A DNA stretch of 64,000 nt from an uncultured bacterium (GCA_964607485.1 CAZSKP010000012.1:1-64000); one strand, 5' to 3'; positions 50,237 to 60,296 are shown, counted from the first letter of the stretch. Notes: a model not told the origin generated them from the sequence alone. Made by a program: numbers and translations.

Positions 50237-50282
50237 GAGCTTTTTCTCCTGTTCATGCTCCGGGCTTCAGCCAATACCATTG

Positions 50283-50963
50283 CTAGGCCAACACGAGGTC
50301 GCGCCACTCTTTCGAGAAGGCCTTCACGCCGCCACGCTCGCCTGCGGATCCTTCCCATGCCGCAATGCCGATGGATTTCTTCCCGCCGGCGGCGATCTGT
50401 ATCGCCTGCTCCGGCGCCTCGAACGCGCGCCCGACGATCACCGTCCATTCTCCGTCCTTCCATGCGGAATTGGCGAAGATAGAGCTGTCGTCGGTGTAGA
50501 GGCTCGTTGAGAGCCCTTCGGAAACCTGGTTCTTCGGCTTGTTCTCGAAATCGGCCCGCCAGTACCACGCATTCGTGGGAGCCTCCTGCGTTCCCATTTC
50601 TTTTATCGGAGTGTCCTTGCCATCCTTCATGGGGAACAGCAGGGCCACGCCGTCGGGAAACGTGTTGAGGTCGCCGATTGTGAGGTTTGCCTCTTTGCTC
50701 TTCCACCTCAGCCGGAAGAAGATGTCCTTGCCGTTGTGGAGGGTCTTCAAGACGACCTGCGCCACCTTGCCCAGCTCCTTTTCATCGCGAGTCGCCTTGA
50801 TATACGGAGAGGGCTGGTTCGCCAGAGGAGTCGACGCCATTTCGATCGTGTATTCATTGCCGTTGGACCATACGGGCGAATCCAGTTTGAGCAATTCGTC
50901 CCTCGAGGCGGAGACCCTCGCCGCCACTATCTGGCCAACCAAAGCCGTTTCATTCTCAGCCAT
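50283..50963 (-). CDS. Heme b gamma subunit (EbdC-like)
   Basis: LHNGKDIFFRLRW, FPDGVA, EMG, AWEGSAGERGGVKAFS (candidate Met/Lys ligands). Confidence 0.88.
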   Translation of the reverse strand: MAENETALVGQIVAARVSASRDELLKLDSPVWSNGNEYTIEMASTPLANQPSPYIKATRDEKELGKVAQVVLKTLHNGKDIFFRLRWKSKEANLTIGDLNTFPDGVALLFPMKDGKDTPIKEMGTQEAPTNAWYWRADFENKPKNQVSEGLSTSLYTDDSSIFANSAWKDGEWTVIVGRAFEAPEQAIQIAAGGKKSIGIAAWEGSAGERGGVKAFSKEWRDLVLA

Positions 50964-50993
50964 AAGACATTGCCCCCTTACCTTTCACCAAAC

Positions 50994-53903
50994 TTATGCC
51001 TTCTCAACCTCGACCGATATCGCGCGGTCGATAGGCTGGGTGCACCAGTTCCATCGATAATAATTCAGATGACCGTAGCCCGCTGCCAGGTCGAGCCACT
51101 TCATCATGCCCGGGATCGCCGTGTCGTAGCTCTTCCACTTCTCAAACTGGTACGGCTCCCAGGCGTGATAGATTATCACCTGGCCCGGCCTCGGCCCCTT
51201 TTCCGAACGGGCCGCCGAGGTCAGCTTGACGTGAACCGTGAAATCGTCGAAGTCGTTGTGCACACGAACGAGGTCGCCGTCCTTGATGCCCCGCTTCTTT
51301 GCATCTTCGGCGTTCATGAACATGAACGGGCGGCCCTGGTGCGTGCGTGAGAGCACGTTGTCGGTGATCCATATCGAATGGATGCTCCACCTCTGGTGGC
51401 CGCTCGTCATGCGGAGCGGGTAGTTGCCCCCCATCTTCGGGTTGTCCTTGTGGACGGGGAAGCCCTCTCCGGCTTCGAGGAACCAGTCGTGGTCGATGTA
51501 GAAGCTGATCCTGCGATTGTACGTGGGATACGGGATCTTCTTCGGGCCGGTGTGGAACGTGAGCGGCACAATCGGCTCGTCGGGCTTGATCTCGGTCATG
51601 AGATGTTTGGCGATTATGTCCATGTCGGACACTTTCGTGAAGCGCACGATGCCGTCCCTGCGAAGAGTTTCGAGGGTCGTGTCCTCCGGCAGTGTGCCGA
51701 GCTTGGCGCTGAGCTTGAGCGCGTCGTCGAGCGTTTCGTCGCCGCTCGTACGCTCCAGCGTCTGTCGTTTGACCAATTGCGTCATGTCAAATTCAACCCC
51801 TTGGCGGGATTTGAACTTGGTGTAGTTCCTCTGCTCAGCAAGCTGCTTCATCCTCTCAGCCATCAGGCGGCCGACCTCCCATTCCTCTTTGGCTTCGCCG
51901 AGGGGCTGAACGGCCGCCTCGGTGAGCGTCAGCCACGGCACGTGAGGAGTGGGAAAACGTGTGTCGGTCTTCTCGTAGAACCCCGCCCCGGGCATGACCA
52001 TGTCGGACAGAAGCGCCGTAGTGCTCCAGCGGGTTTCTATCGTGAAGATGAATTTGTACTGCTTCCACAGTTCCGGATATATGTTCTTCCACCAGCCGCG
52101 GTTTTTTCGAGCGGGACTCGTGCCCATGAAGCAATAAACGAGCGGCTTCTGGTCGGGCGCCGGCCGCACGAGGCCGTCCCACCAGCCTTTGTCGATCGCC
52201 TCGTTCATGTATTCGTCGAAGCTGCGCTTCATCGTTGGGCAGTGCCACTCTTTCTTGTTCCATGTGTCGCGGTAATTGGAATGGAAGTAGTAGAGGAAAG
52301 CCGGCGGCACCATGCCCAGCCGTTCTCTGTCCGCGTTGCGCTCAAGCTCCCTCTGAATAATCTCGTCGGTTAGCTCGGGGTCTTTGGCCTTGAGCATGAA
52401 CTTGTCGAGCCTCGATTCGCCATACTGGAGGAGCGACGTCAGTCCCCTCCTTTCGCGGATCATCAGCGCCGTCGCCCCGTCGAACAGCGACTCGCTCCAG
52501 CCGCGGATTCCGCTGCCCTTGTTGCCCACGCTTCCGGTGAGCGCCAGCAGCAGGCACATCGAACGCTCCATCAGGTCGCCGTGGTAGTACTTGGACGAGT
52601 TCCAGCCGACGAGCACCTGCACATGGCCGCGCGCCTTCCACGCCTTGTGCGCAACACGCCGGATGGTGTCGGGATGCACGCCGCACAGCTCCGACGCCTT
52701 CTCGGGAGTGTAATCGCGGTCGAGTATCTCTTTATAGACGCCGAAACCGGGCCTCACCTCGACGCGTTTGCCGTCGTTCAGCGTGACGGTGTACGTGCCC
52801 TCGAGGGCGGGGTCGCACGGAAGCGCGAGCGTGCCGCGCGGCGCCTTGACGGGCGCATTGGTCGCCGGGTCCCAGAAATACATCTGGTCTTCCAATCCGC
52901 CGCCGGTCAGGTCGGTCTCGCGGAGGAACTTCTTGGTGTCCATCCTGATGAGCAGCGGGAAATCGGTCTGCTCTTTTAAGAACGACTTGTCGTACGTGCC
53001 CTCGGATATGAGCACCTGCGCCATTCCGAGCCCGAACGCCGCGTCGGCGCCAGGCTCCACCGGAACCCATTCGTCGGCGTGGACCGCCGAGGGCGAATAG
53101 TCGGGCGCGATGGTGATCACCTCGGTGCCGTTGTACCGCGCCTCGGATATGAAGTGGTACGACGGGATGCGGGTGTACACGGGGTTCATGTGCCAGATGA
53201 GGATGAGCTTCCCGAAGAACCATCCGTCGCACGAATCGCAGAACTGGAACTTGCCGAACGTTTCGTAAACGCCCTTGTTGAAATCTCCGATGGTGGAGTT
53301 GAGGTCGAGCTCGGTGGCGCCCAGGCCGCTGAAGAACCGGAATATCGTTATCAGATGTATCCAGCCCCCGTTTCCCGGGCCCGGCTCATAGATAATGGAT
53401 TCCGGACCCTCGGTCTGGATGGCGTCCATCAGGTGTGTGCACGTCGTGTCTATGGCTTCCTCCCAGGAGATCCTTTTCCACTTGCCTTCGCCTCGTTCGC
53501 CCACGCGCTTCATCGGATACTTCACGCGGTCGGGGTTGTACATCATGTTGCTGTACGAACAGCCCTTCTGACAGCCGCGCGGATTCCAGTCGGGGCCGGT
53601 CGCGTCTATGACCGGATACTTGCCCGCCTGCTCCTCGCGCCACACGACGCCGTCCTTGGTGTACACACGCCACAGGCAGTTTCCGGGATAGCAGTCCACG
53701 AGATGTGTGCCGTAGGTGATCTTGTCCCACTTCCATTCATCTCTGTGGAGGCCCTCCCAATTCTTGTACTCCCATTTCTGGAAGACCTTCTCGGTGGCGT
53801 GGGCCACTCCTCCGAGGAAACCCAGCGAGTCGAGCGAAAGCGCCAGCGCCGTAGTACCCGTAATCTTCAGGAACTGACGCCTCGTGAATCTGAACTCCGA
53901 CAT
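50994..53903 (-). CDS. Tat-exported Mo-bisPGD catalytic subunit, ethylbenzene dehydrogenase-like family
   Basis: TRRQFLK, GTHLVDCYPGNC...PRGCQKG (His-Cys3 FS0), IGDF (Asp ligand), HQRWSIHS, YHAWE. Confidence 0.88.
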   Translation of the reverse strand: MSEFRFTRRQFLKITGTTALALSLDSLGFLGGVAHATEKVFQKWEYKNWEGLHRDEWKWDKITYGTHLVDCYPGNCLWRVYTKDGVVWREEQAGKYPVIDATGPDWNPRGCQKGCSYSNMMYNPDRVKYPMKRVGERGEGKWKRISWEEAIDTTCTHLMDAIQTEGPESIIYEPGPGNGGWIHLITIFRFFSGLGATELDLNSTIGDFNKGVYETFGKFQFCDSCDGWFFGKLILIWHMNPVYTRIPSYHFISEARYNGTEVITIAPDYSPSAVHADEWVPVEPGADAAFGLGMAQVLISEGTYDKSFLKEQTDFPLLIRMDTKKFLRETDLTGGGLEDQMYFWDPATNAPVKAPRGTLALPCDPALEGTYTVTLNDGKRVEVRPGFGVYKEILDRDYTPEKASELCGVHPDTIRRVAHKAWKARGHVQVLVGWNSSKYYHGDLMERSMCLLLALTGSVGNKGSGIRGWSESLFDGATALMIRERRGLTSLLQYGESRLDKFMLKAKDPELTDEIIQRELERNADRERLGMVPPAFLYYFHSNYRDTWNKKEWHCPTMKRSFDEYMNEAIDKGWWDGLVRPAPDQKPLVYCFMGTSPARKNRGWWKNIYPELWKQYKFIFTIETRWSTTALLSDMVMPGAGFYEKTDTRFPTPHVPWLTLTEAAVQPLGEAKEEWEVGRLMAERMKQLAEQRNYTKFKSRQGVEFDMTQLVKRQTLERTSGDETLDDALKLSAKLGTLPEDTTLETLRRDGIVRFTKVSDMDIIAKHLMTEIKPDEPIVPLTFHTGPKKIPYPTYNRRISFYIDHDWFLEAGEGFPVHKDNPKMGGNYPLRMTSGHQRWSIHSIWITDNVLSRTHQGRPFMFMNAEDAKKRGIKDGDLVRVHNDFDDFTVHVKLTSAARSEKGPRPGQVIIYHAWEPYQFEKWKSYDTAIPGMMKWLDLAAGYGHLNYYRWNWCTQPIDRAISVEVEKA

Positions 53904-53958
53904 AAGAACCTCCTTGCTCCAAAAACCCCCTGGCCGCGGCGCCTCGCGCGGCCCTTTG

Positions 53959-55035
53959 TCACGGTTTCAGCGCAATCTTGATAACGTTATCGAGTTTTTT
54001 GTCAAACATTTCGTATGCTCTCACACCTTCGTCCAGCGACATGGTGTGAGTGATCAGCGGAGTAGTGTCGAGCAGTCCCGCCTCGATTATTTTCAAGAGT
54101 CTGTCCATGTGCACGACATTGACGAGGCCCATGGTAACGCCTATGTTCTTCACGGCGAGCTGCGGCATCAAGAGTTCCTGCGCTTCTTCAAAAAGGCCGA
54201 CGATCGACACGTTCCCGCCCGGCCTGACGGCCTGGAAGGCGGCATCCAGAGTGGGTTTTATCCCGACGGCCTCTATCGCCACGTCCGCTCCGCTGCGGCT
54301 GGTGAATTCCTCGAGCAGGTCCTGGGGCGCTCCGCCCGTCAGGTCCTTTATCTGCTCGACCGCATCGGTCTTGGAGGGATCGATCGTATGCGTCGCCCCG
54401 AGCTTCTTCGCCACTTCGAGCCGGTTTGCTATGGGATCGACGACGATCAGCTTGGACGGGCTGAAAAGCCTTGCGCACGCCGTCGCGCAGAGCCCCACCG
54501 GGCCGCCCCCGAAAACGGCGACCGCATCGCCCGGCGCCGTCTTCCCGTTGATTACGCCGAAATACCCGGTGGACAGGATGTCGCCCACGAACAGCACCTG
54601 TTCGTCGGTCAGCCCGTCGGGAATCTTGTGCATCCCGATCTGAGCGAACGGAACGCGCACGTATTCGGCCTGAGCGCCGACGAAGCTACCCAGTATCGGT
54701 CCGCAGCCGTATATGCCCCCCCGGACGCATTTGGCCGCCAGACCCTTCAGGCACATCTCACACTTTCCGCACTGCACCGTGGCCGCCACCGCCACCCGGT
54801 CGCCGACCTCGAATCCTTCGACCCGGTCGCCGAGCTCTTCGACGACGCCGACGAATTCGTGCCCGATGGTATCGCCGGGCATCATCGGCGCGGCGCCGCG
54901 GACCATGTGGATGTCGCTTCCGCAGATACTCGTCAGCGTGACCTTGACGATCGCGTCGTCGGGGTCCTGCAGCGTGGGTCTGGCGACATCGGCCACCGCC
55001 ACCTTATCGACTTCTTCGAACACTATCGCTTTCAT
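53959..55035 (-). CDS. Zn-dependent medium-chain alcohol dehydrogenase
   Basis: ICGSD, GHEFVG, CGKCEMC...C, GDILSTG, GGGPVG. Confidence 0.92.
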   Translation of the reverse strand: MKAIVFEEVDKVAVADVARPTLQDPDDAIVKVTLTSICGSDIHMVRGAAPMMPGDTIGHEFVGVVEELGDRVEGFEVGDRVAVAATVQCGKCEMCLKGLAAKCVRGGIYGCGPILGSFVGAQAEYVRVPFAQIGMHKIPDGLTDEQVLFVGDILSTGYFGVINGKTAPGDAVAVFGGGPVGLCATACARLFSPSKLIVVDPIANRLEVAKKLGATHTIDPSKTDAVEQIKDLTGGAPQDLLEEFTSRSGADVAIEAVGIKPTLDAAFQAVRPGGNVSIVGLFEEAQELLMPQLAVKNIGVTMGLVNVVHMDRLLKIIEAGLLDTTPLITHTMSLDEGVRAYEMFDKKLDNVIKIALKP

Positions 55036-55298
55036 GTTTCCCCGTTAGTAAATGGAACCATCGTTATGGCGTTCCACGGACAGCCCTCTATGCGGGCGCC
55101 GAGGTAACCGCGCGTCGTGCAACTGCGGCACCCGGTACATTTGTCCGGATTTACCCGCATGCGCTTAAAAAGAAAACTGCTTTCGTCGGCCACATACTCG
55201 AGCGCTCCCTCGGCCGGACAGTACATCTTGCAGACGGGCGTGCCCGCACAGCCCGTGCAGCTTTCGTCTATGGAGGCGACGAAGCGCTTTTTCGCCAT
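55032..55298 (-). CDS. Dicluster 4Fe-4S ferredoxin
   Basis: CTGCAGTPVCKMYCP and CTGCRSC...GCPWNAI. Confidence 0.88.
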   Translation of the reverse strand: MAKKRFVASIDESCTGCAGTPVCKMYCPAEGALEYVADESSFLFKRMRVNPDKCTGCRSCTTRGYLGARIEGCPWNAITMVPFTNGET

Positions 55299-55327
55299 GG
55301 GCCTGGTTTGCCCTCCACAAGGCCCGC

Positions 55328-55897
55328 TCAGCCGACGCGAACGAAAACCTTTTGCCTCTCGAATTCCTGTATGTCAAACACGACGCTGGTATCGACGACC
55401 AGGTTGCCGCGGTCGTTTGTGTATATCTTGAGCCTGTCGAGCGGCCTGGGCGCCGGGCCAGCGAAGTTGACTCCGTTTGAATGGAACTGGCTGCCGTGAC
55501 ACGGACACTTGTAGATGCCCAGTCCCGGAAACCAGTTCACCGTACAGCCGAGGTGCGTGCATCGCGCGAAAAGCGCATATATCCGCGAAGTTTCGCGGAT
55601 GACAAAAAACCGGTTCTGTTTCTTCCACCTGGGCTCGACGTAGATGACGCCGTACGCGTCGGGGTCGGCGCCGGTGGAGAAATCGTCAACCGTTCCTATT
55701 TCGAAGGTGCTCGGCGGGTGAAACACGACGGAGGGCGAGAAAAAGCGGACCGTCTCGACGGCGCCCGCAGCCGTCAGGCCGAACAGCGTTCCCCATCCGA
55801 TGACGGAGAGGCTCTTCTCCAACAGCTCGCGCCGCGTTATGCCGAATGAGGACGCCGCGGCCGCTGCATCGCTCAACGTTGTCTTGGCTTCCGTCAT
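55328..55897 (-). CDS. Rieske [2Fe-2S] subunit (PetC/QcrA-like)
   Basis: TRRELL Tat-like motif, TM helix, CTHLGC, CPCHGSQF, GPAPRPL. Confidence 0.95.
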   Translation of the reverse strand: MTEAKTTLSDAAAAASSFGITRRELLEKSLSVIGWGTLFGLTAAGAVETVRFFSPSVVFHPPSTFEIGTVDDFSTGADPDAYGVIYVEPRWKKQNRFFVIRETSRIYALFARCTHLGCTVNWFPGLGIYKCPCHGSQFHSNGVNFAGPAPRPLDRLKIYTNDRGNLVVDTSVVFDIQEFERQKVFVRVG

Positions 55898-55930
55898 GTG
55901 TGTGCTCACGGTCAAGCCACGGGCAAAAAC

Positions 55931-56677
55931 TCAAATCCGCTCGCGCTCGAGCTCGCGGCTTATCTTGAGTATCAGCCTCTTCCGAAGTATCCCGATGAGG
56001 CTGTTCAGCAGGTTTATGCCGCTTTCGGCCATTTCGACCATCTCATCGAATGACAACCTGCCCGTGACGCTCCTGGAGAAAAACCTTACCTCTTGCTTTG
56101 CCAGGACCTCGATCAGGTCCGAGTACATCTTCAGGAACTCCGACGTAAAGCCGGCCTCTCTCGTATAGCCCGCCTCGCGGAGCTTATTGAGTATTTCCAC
56201 TATTCTCACGCAATCCTCGTCGAAAAGCCCGTCGGGCCGGCGCGAGATGACGCCAATGCGCTCCAGCTCCTCCACCTCGTCAATGCTGACCCCTGCGCGG
56301 GCGCTCAATTGCTGTATGTCCGGGGGTTGAAACTTAGGAAGGGCGGAAAGGTTCTTGAAGAGCTTCCCCTCGAGCTGCAGGAGGGTCTTGACCTCCTCGC
56401 TGTCCATTGGGTTTTCGTTCTCCTCGAGCATCTGCTTGATTATGCTGAGCGGGAGAAACCTCTTTTCCTGCAATTCCCTTATCAGCTTTATTCTGCCGAC
56501 ATAGCTCTGGTCGTAATAGGCCATGTTGCGATGCGTCTTGAGCGGTTTCGGCAGGAGCCCCTCGTTGATGTAATACCGAATCGTGCCTGGCGGCACACCA
56601 GTCATTTTCGACAGTTCGCGCATCTTGAGGAGCTTTTCGCGGGCGGAGGGTTTGCTTCTTGCAGAAGAGAAATCCAT
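55931..56677 (-). CDS. MerR-family transcriptional regulator
   Basis: MRELSKMTGVPPGTIRYYINEGLLP, second HTH-like segment. Confidence 0.9.
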   Translation of the reverse strand: MDFSSARSKPSAREKLLKMRELSKMTGVPPGTIRYYINEGLLPKPLKTHRNMAYYDQSYVGRIKLIRELQEKRFLPLSIIKQMLEENENPMDSEEVKTLLQLEGKLFKNLSALPKFQPPDIQQLSARAGVSIDEVEELERIGVISRRPDGLFDEDCVRIVEILNKLREAGYTREAGFTSEFLKMYSDLIEVLAKQEVRFFSRSVTGRLSFDEMVEMAESGINLLNSLIGILRKRLILKISRELERERI

Positions 56678-56716
56678 ATCCCTAAAATCGCATTGCCGAG
56701 TGTATGGAGAGGGATG

Positions 56717-56782
56717 GTTAAAAGTTAACAGTTTAACTATGTACCTTGCGCATAACTTACCATATAGCAGAGGTTTTGTCAA
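56717..56782 (-). promoter_or_regulatory. sigma70-type promoter of the redox operon with a downstream inverted repeat
   Basis: TTGACA (56782-56777)-17 bp-TAAGTT; GTTAAA-N9-TTTAAC at 56717-56737. Confidence 0.55.
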
Positions 56783-57055
56783 GTTCTTTTTCCCGATTTC
56801 TGACGCCTAAACAGTGTCTAAATCGGCTCCTGACATGGATTTATTGAGTCCAGTATTTTTTCTGAACATGGTTCATATTCGCTGCGCACGGTTCATCAGA
56901 CGCCGACCTTCCGGCATGTCCAGAGCCTTCGTCAAAGGTAGGCTGAGTCATTGGGACAAGCATGTTGTCACCCCGGCCCCATTGTTCGGGACAGTGAATG
57001 TGTCCGGCGAATGTGGGAGTGCAAACCTCCGATCGGTGTCGGGGACAAGTTCGCA

Positions 57056-57169
57056 GTCATTGCGAGGGAGAGTCACCGACTCGACCGAAGCAATCTCGGA
57101 CGCGTCTTCCCAATAGTCTCGGGATTGCTTCGTCGCCCGAGCTTGCAGCTCTTTGCTCCTCGCAATGAC
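57056..57169. repeat. GTCATTGCGAGG...CCTCGCAATGAC palindromic repeat element
   Basis: Similar to 16897-16994, with an extra internal segment. Confidence 0.8.
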
Positions 57170-57397
57170 GAGGCAGGGAACATTGGAGGGTGAGGAACTA
57201 ATTGGACAGCAGTCCATATAGTCCCGGCAGTCGTATGACGTAGGATGACGCTCCGATGAATGTCAAACGGTCACGAGGGAAGTGCCTCTCCTGTGGCTGA
57301 CCGCGGGCGGTCAGGTGGGAGCCGGCCGCAGCGGCGCTCTCTCGATTACTTCTACTACCATATTTAATCATGGCGAAATTAAGTGTGAATAAAACTC

Positions 57398-57426
57398 TTG
57401 ACAAACAATAGACGCCGTGGTACAAT
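57398..57426 (+). promoter_or_regulatory. sigma70-type promoter of the exopolysaccharide locus
   Basis: TTGACA-17 bp-TACAAT with extended TG. Confidence 0.65.
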
Positions 57427-57533
57427 CTCCTAAACCTCAACATAGTGCATTATTGTAAACAGGCCATACCACATGTTGGAGAGACGAATTCAAAACCAAC
57501 GGGGACTGAAGACCAGAGAAAGGGAGGGTTCCA

Positions 57534-57986
57534 ATGCGCTATAGGTCAATTGTTGTGCCGGCGCTCGCACTATGCCTGTCGCTGTGTATGACGCCGGAAC
57601 CGGTCGGCGCGGCTCAGAAGCGGGTAACGCAGGGTGAGTATGCCGTGGCGCTCGCGAAAAAGCTTGAGATTGCCGAGTCTCCGACCGTCGCCGAAGCCGT
57701 CAGCCGACTCAAGCATTTGGGTGTCGAACCCGACAAGGGTTGGAAGTCGGACGCGGAAATGACCCCGGAGCTGGTTGAGCAGCTTTACCGTCGGTTGGTC
57801 GACGCAGTCGAGGAGGGCAAGCTCGATTTCTCGGTCGATCAGCTGAAGAAAATACTTCGCGACCTGGCTGTGAGCTTCGACCTGCCTTTCCCGTCAAAGC
57901 TGCCTCGCAGTTCGGGGGCGCCGCCGGCCCCATCTCCATCCAGTATCGGCGTGGGCGGCGGCGGGGGCGCGAGCGTATCCGAGTGA
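57534..57986 (+). CDS. Exported hypothetical protein with a Pro/Gly-rich tail
   Basis: GGAGG RBS, signal peptide, VTQGEYAVALAKKL. Confidence 0.7.
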   Translation: MRYRSIVVPALALCLSLCMTPEPVGAAQKRVTQGEYAVALAKKLEIAESPTVAEAVSRLKHLGVEPDKGWKSDAEMTPELVEQLYRRLVDAVEEGKLDFSVDQLKKILRDLAVSFDLPFPSKLPRSSGAPPAPSPSSIGVGGGGGASVSE

Positions 57987-58051
57987 GTGCGCGGGCGCTG
58001 TGAGAAGACTCTCCGTTTGCATTTCTCATAGATAAGGAAAAGGAGAGCGAA

Positions 58052-59317
58052 ATGACCAGAAAAGCATTCTTTCTCCGGTCACACGGATTGAGTCACTGCG
58101 TCTTGGCTGCGGCAGTTGTCGGTCTCCTCGCGACGGTGAGCGCCCGCGCTCACGCGCAGGGGCCCATCGTGTATCCGGGCTATGTTCCGCCGCTCGAGCT
58201 TCGGGAGTATCCGGGCAACATACGGTGCGGGCCGGTTCGCATCTATTCCGGGCTGGCATTGTCGGAAGAATACACCGACAACGCCTTCCTGACCGCCAAC
58301 AACGAGAAAGAAGATTTCCTCAGCATCTTCAGCCCTTCGCTCGCGCTGCAATTGCCCATGCGGCGGCACGAGTTGCAGTTGGAGTACCGCATCGACGTGA
58401 TACGGCGCGGGACCTATGAGCGCTACGATACCGAAGATCACTACGCGCAGGCTCTGGCGAACTTGCGCTTCGGTCGCGGGCTGACGCTCAAGCTGGGCGA
58501 CACGTTCCTCCGCACCGCGACGCCCCCGGATTTTTTGGGCGACACGCTCGACGAGTTCAACTTCAATGCGTCAACCGTCCAGGCGACCTACGAGTTCGGC
58601 ACGCGCTACAGGCTCCAAGCCGACTACACGTATTCGGTCAAGGACTACGACAGGTCGGCGGCGGAGATAGACAATTTTCGGGAACATGCCGCCAGCACGA
58701 CGCTGTACTATCGCTTCCTGCCGAAGACGTGGGCGCTGGTGGAATACTATTTCTCCCGCGTTGACAACAACGATAAGGGCGGCCCCTCGACGGACAACGA
58801 CAATCACAGAGTGTGGGCGGGGCTGTCGTGGGAGCCGACGGCGAAGATTCGGGGAACGGCAAAGGGCGGATACATCGAGCGGGATTACGACCGAGGCATA
58901 AGCAGCCGCGACAGCTTCGGGATGCAGGCGGCGGTGCAGTACTCGCTCACGAACCGAACGACGTTCGACCTCTCTGCCTCGCGCGAGATCATCCAGACCG
59001 AGTTCACCCGCGAAGAGCAGTTTTACGGTGTGGACTACTATCGCACCGGGGGAACGCTCGTGCTGAGGCAAAAGATGGCGTCGAAAATATACGGTGTTGC
59101 CGAAGGCTCTTTTTTCACTGACGACTACAACTCAAAGGGGGTCATCGGGAAGAAGAGGGAAGACGACCGGGTCTCCGTCGGGCTGGGTCTGGAATACCAC
59201 CTCAGAAACTCGATGGCCCTGATATTCAAGTACTTGTATATCGACAACGATTCAAACGTAGCAAGCGAGGATTACACCGAAAACCAAGCCTTTGTCTCGT
59301 TATCGCTGGCGTTCTGA
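58052..59317 (+). CDS. Outer-membrane beta-barrel protein associated with polysaccharide export
   Basis: Signal peptide, EYTDNAF, amphipathic beta strands, C-terminal Phe. Confidence 0.85.
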   Translation: MTRKAFFLRSHGLSHCVLAAAVVGLLATVSARAHAQGPIVYPGYVPPLELREYPGNIRCGPVRIYSGLALSEEYTDNAFLTANNEKEDFLSIFSPSLALQLPMRRHELQLEYRIDVIRRGTYERYDTEDHYAQALANLRFGRGLTLKLGDTFLRTATPPDFLGDTLDEFNFNASTVQATYEFGTRYRLQADYTYSVKDYDRSAAEIDNFREHAASTTLYYRFLPKTWALVEYYFSRVDNNDKGGPSTDNDNHRVWAGLSWEPTAKIRGTAKGGYIERDYDRGISSRDSFGMQAAVQYSLTNRTTFDLSASREIIQTEFTREEQFYGVDYYRTGGTLVLRQKMASKIYGVAEGSFFTDDYNSKGVIGKKREDDRVSVGLGLEYHLRNSMALIFKYLYIDNDSNVASEDYTENQAFVSLSLAF

Positions 59318-59339
59318 TGCAACGCTGAAAGGAATGGCG

Positions 59340-60296
59340 ATGCGGCTGAAATCGTTGCTCCCCATAGTCCTGGCGGCAGTCTTGTTCGGATGCGCGCGGT
59401 ATCCCACTATACCTGCCGTTCCCGAACCGGCCGAGACCGCGGCCGACGCCGCCCAGGATGTTCCGGCCGAATTTTCAGGCGGGTTGCCCGAGTTGAAGGG
59501 GGTCGCCCTCAGCCGGGCGGATTCGGACTACGTCGTCGGCCCGGGGGACAGTCTGAAGATAACCGTGTGGGGCCATGACGATCTCACCCGCACGGTGCAA
59601 GTGTCGGAAGAGGGAAATTTCTCGTACCCGCTCATTGGCAAAGTTCACGCCGACGAGCTGTCGGTCTCGCAGATCGAACAGGAGATAACCCGGCGGCTCG
59701 ACGGAAAGTATCTCATCAATCCTCAGGTCACGATCGTGGTGGAGGAGTTCAGAAGCAAACGAGTGTTCGTCCTTGGAGAGGTCGGCGGACCCCAGGGCCA
59801 CGGCAAGGGCCCCGGAGCCTATCCGCTGACCGGGCAAACCTCGTTGATCGAGATTCTGTCGGCCGCGGGCGGTCTCACGTCCGAGGCCGGAGGCGAGGTC
59901 GTCGTCGTGCGTCCCATCTCCGACAAGAAGAGCGACCAGCCTCTGCCGCCGCAGGAATCGGAGACGGCGAAGGTGATCAGGCTCAACGTGAAGCACCTGC
60001 TCGGAGGGGATGCGACCCAGAACATCCTGCTCGAGGACGGCGACACGATTTACGTTCCGTCGGCGCAATATTTCTTCGTCTTCGGACAGGTGAAGAATCC
60101 GGGCCGATACGTGCTCGAGTCGGAGACCACCGTGCTGAAGGCCATCACCATGGCGGGCGGTCTCACCGAGATTGCGGCGGTCAAGAAGACTCGAATCCTC
60201 CGGGAAGAGAGCGGAGCGCGGATAGAAAGGCGCGTTGAGATGACCAGCAGGGTGATGCCCCAGGACATCATAATGGTTCCCGAAAGTTTCTTCTAA
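59340..60296 (+). CDS. wza: Polysaccharide export lipoprotein (Wza family)
   Basis: Lipobox LFGC, YVVGPGDSL, SLBB repeats, VPESFF. Confidence 0.9.
   Translation: MRLKSLLPIVLAAVLFGCARYPTIPAVPEPAETAADAAQDVPAEFSGGLPELKGVALSRADSDYVVGPGDSLKITVWGHDDLTRTVQVSEEGNFSYPLIGKVHADELSVSQIEQEITRRLDGKYLINPQVTIVVEEFRSKRVFVLGEVGGPQGHGKGPGAYPLTGQTSLIEILSAAGGLTSEAGGEVVVVRPISDKKSDQPLPPQESETAKVIRLNVKHLLGGDATQNILLEDGDTIYVPSAQYFFVFGQVKNPGRYVLESETTVLKAITMAGGLTEIAAVKKTRILREESGARIERRVEMTSRVMPQDIIMVPESFF

Noticed and set aside
50994-53903. Nitrate reductase NarG or nitrite oxidoreductase NxrA
   Set aside because: At 969 aa it is shorter than NarG/NxrA; an EbdC-type gamma subunit and adjacent ADH favour the EBDH-like family, though only a phylogeny can settle it
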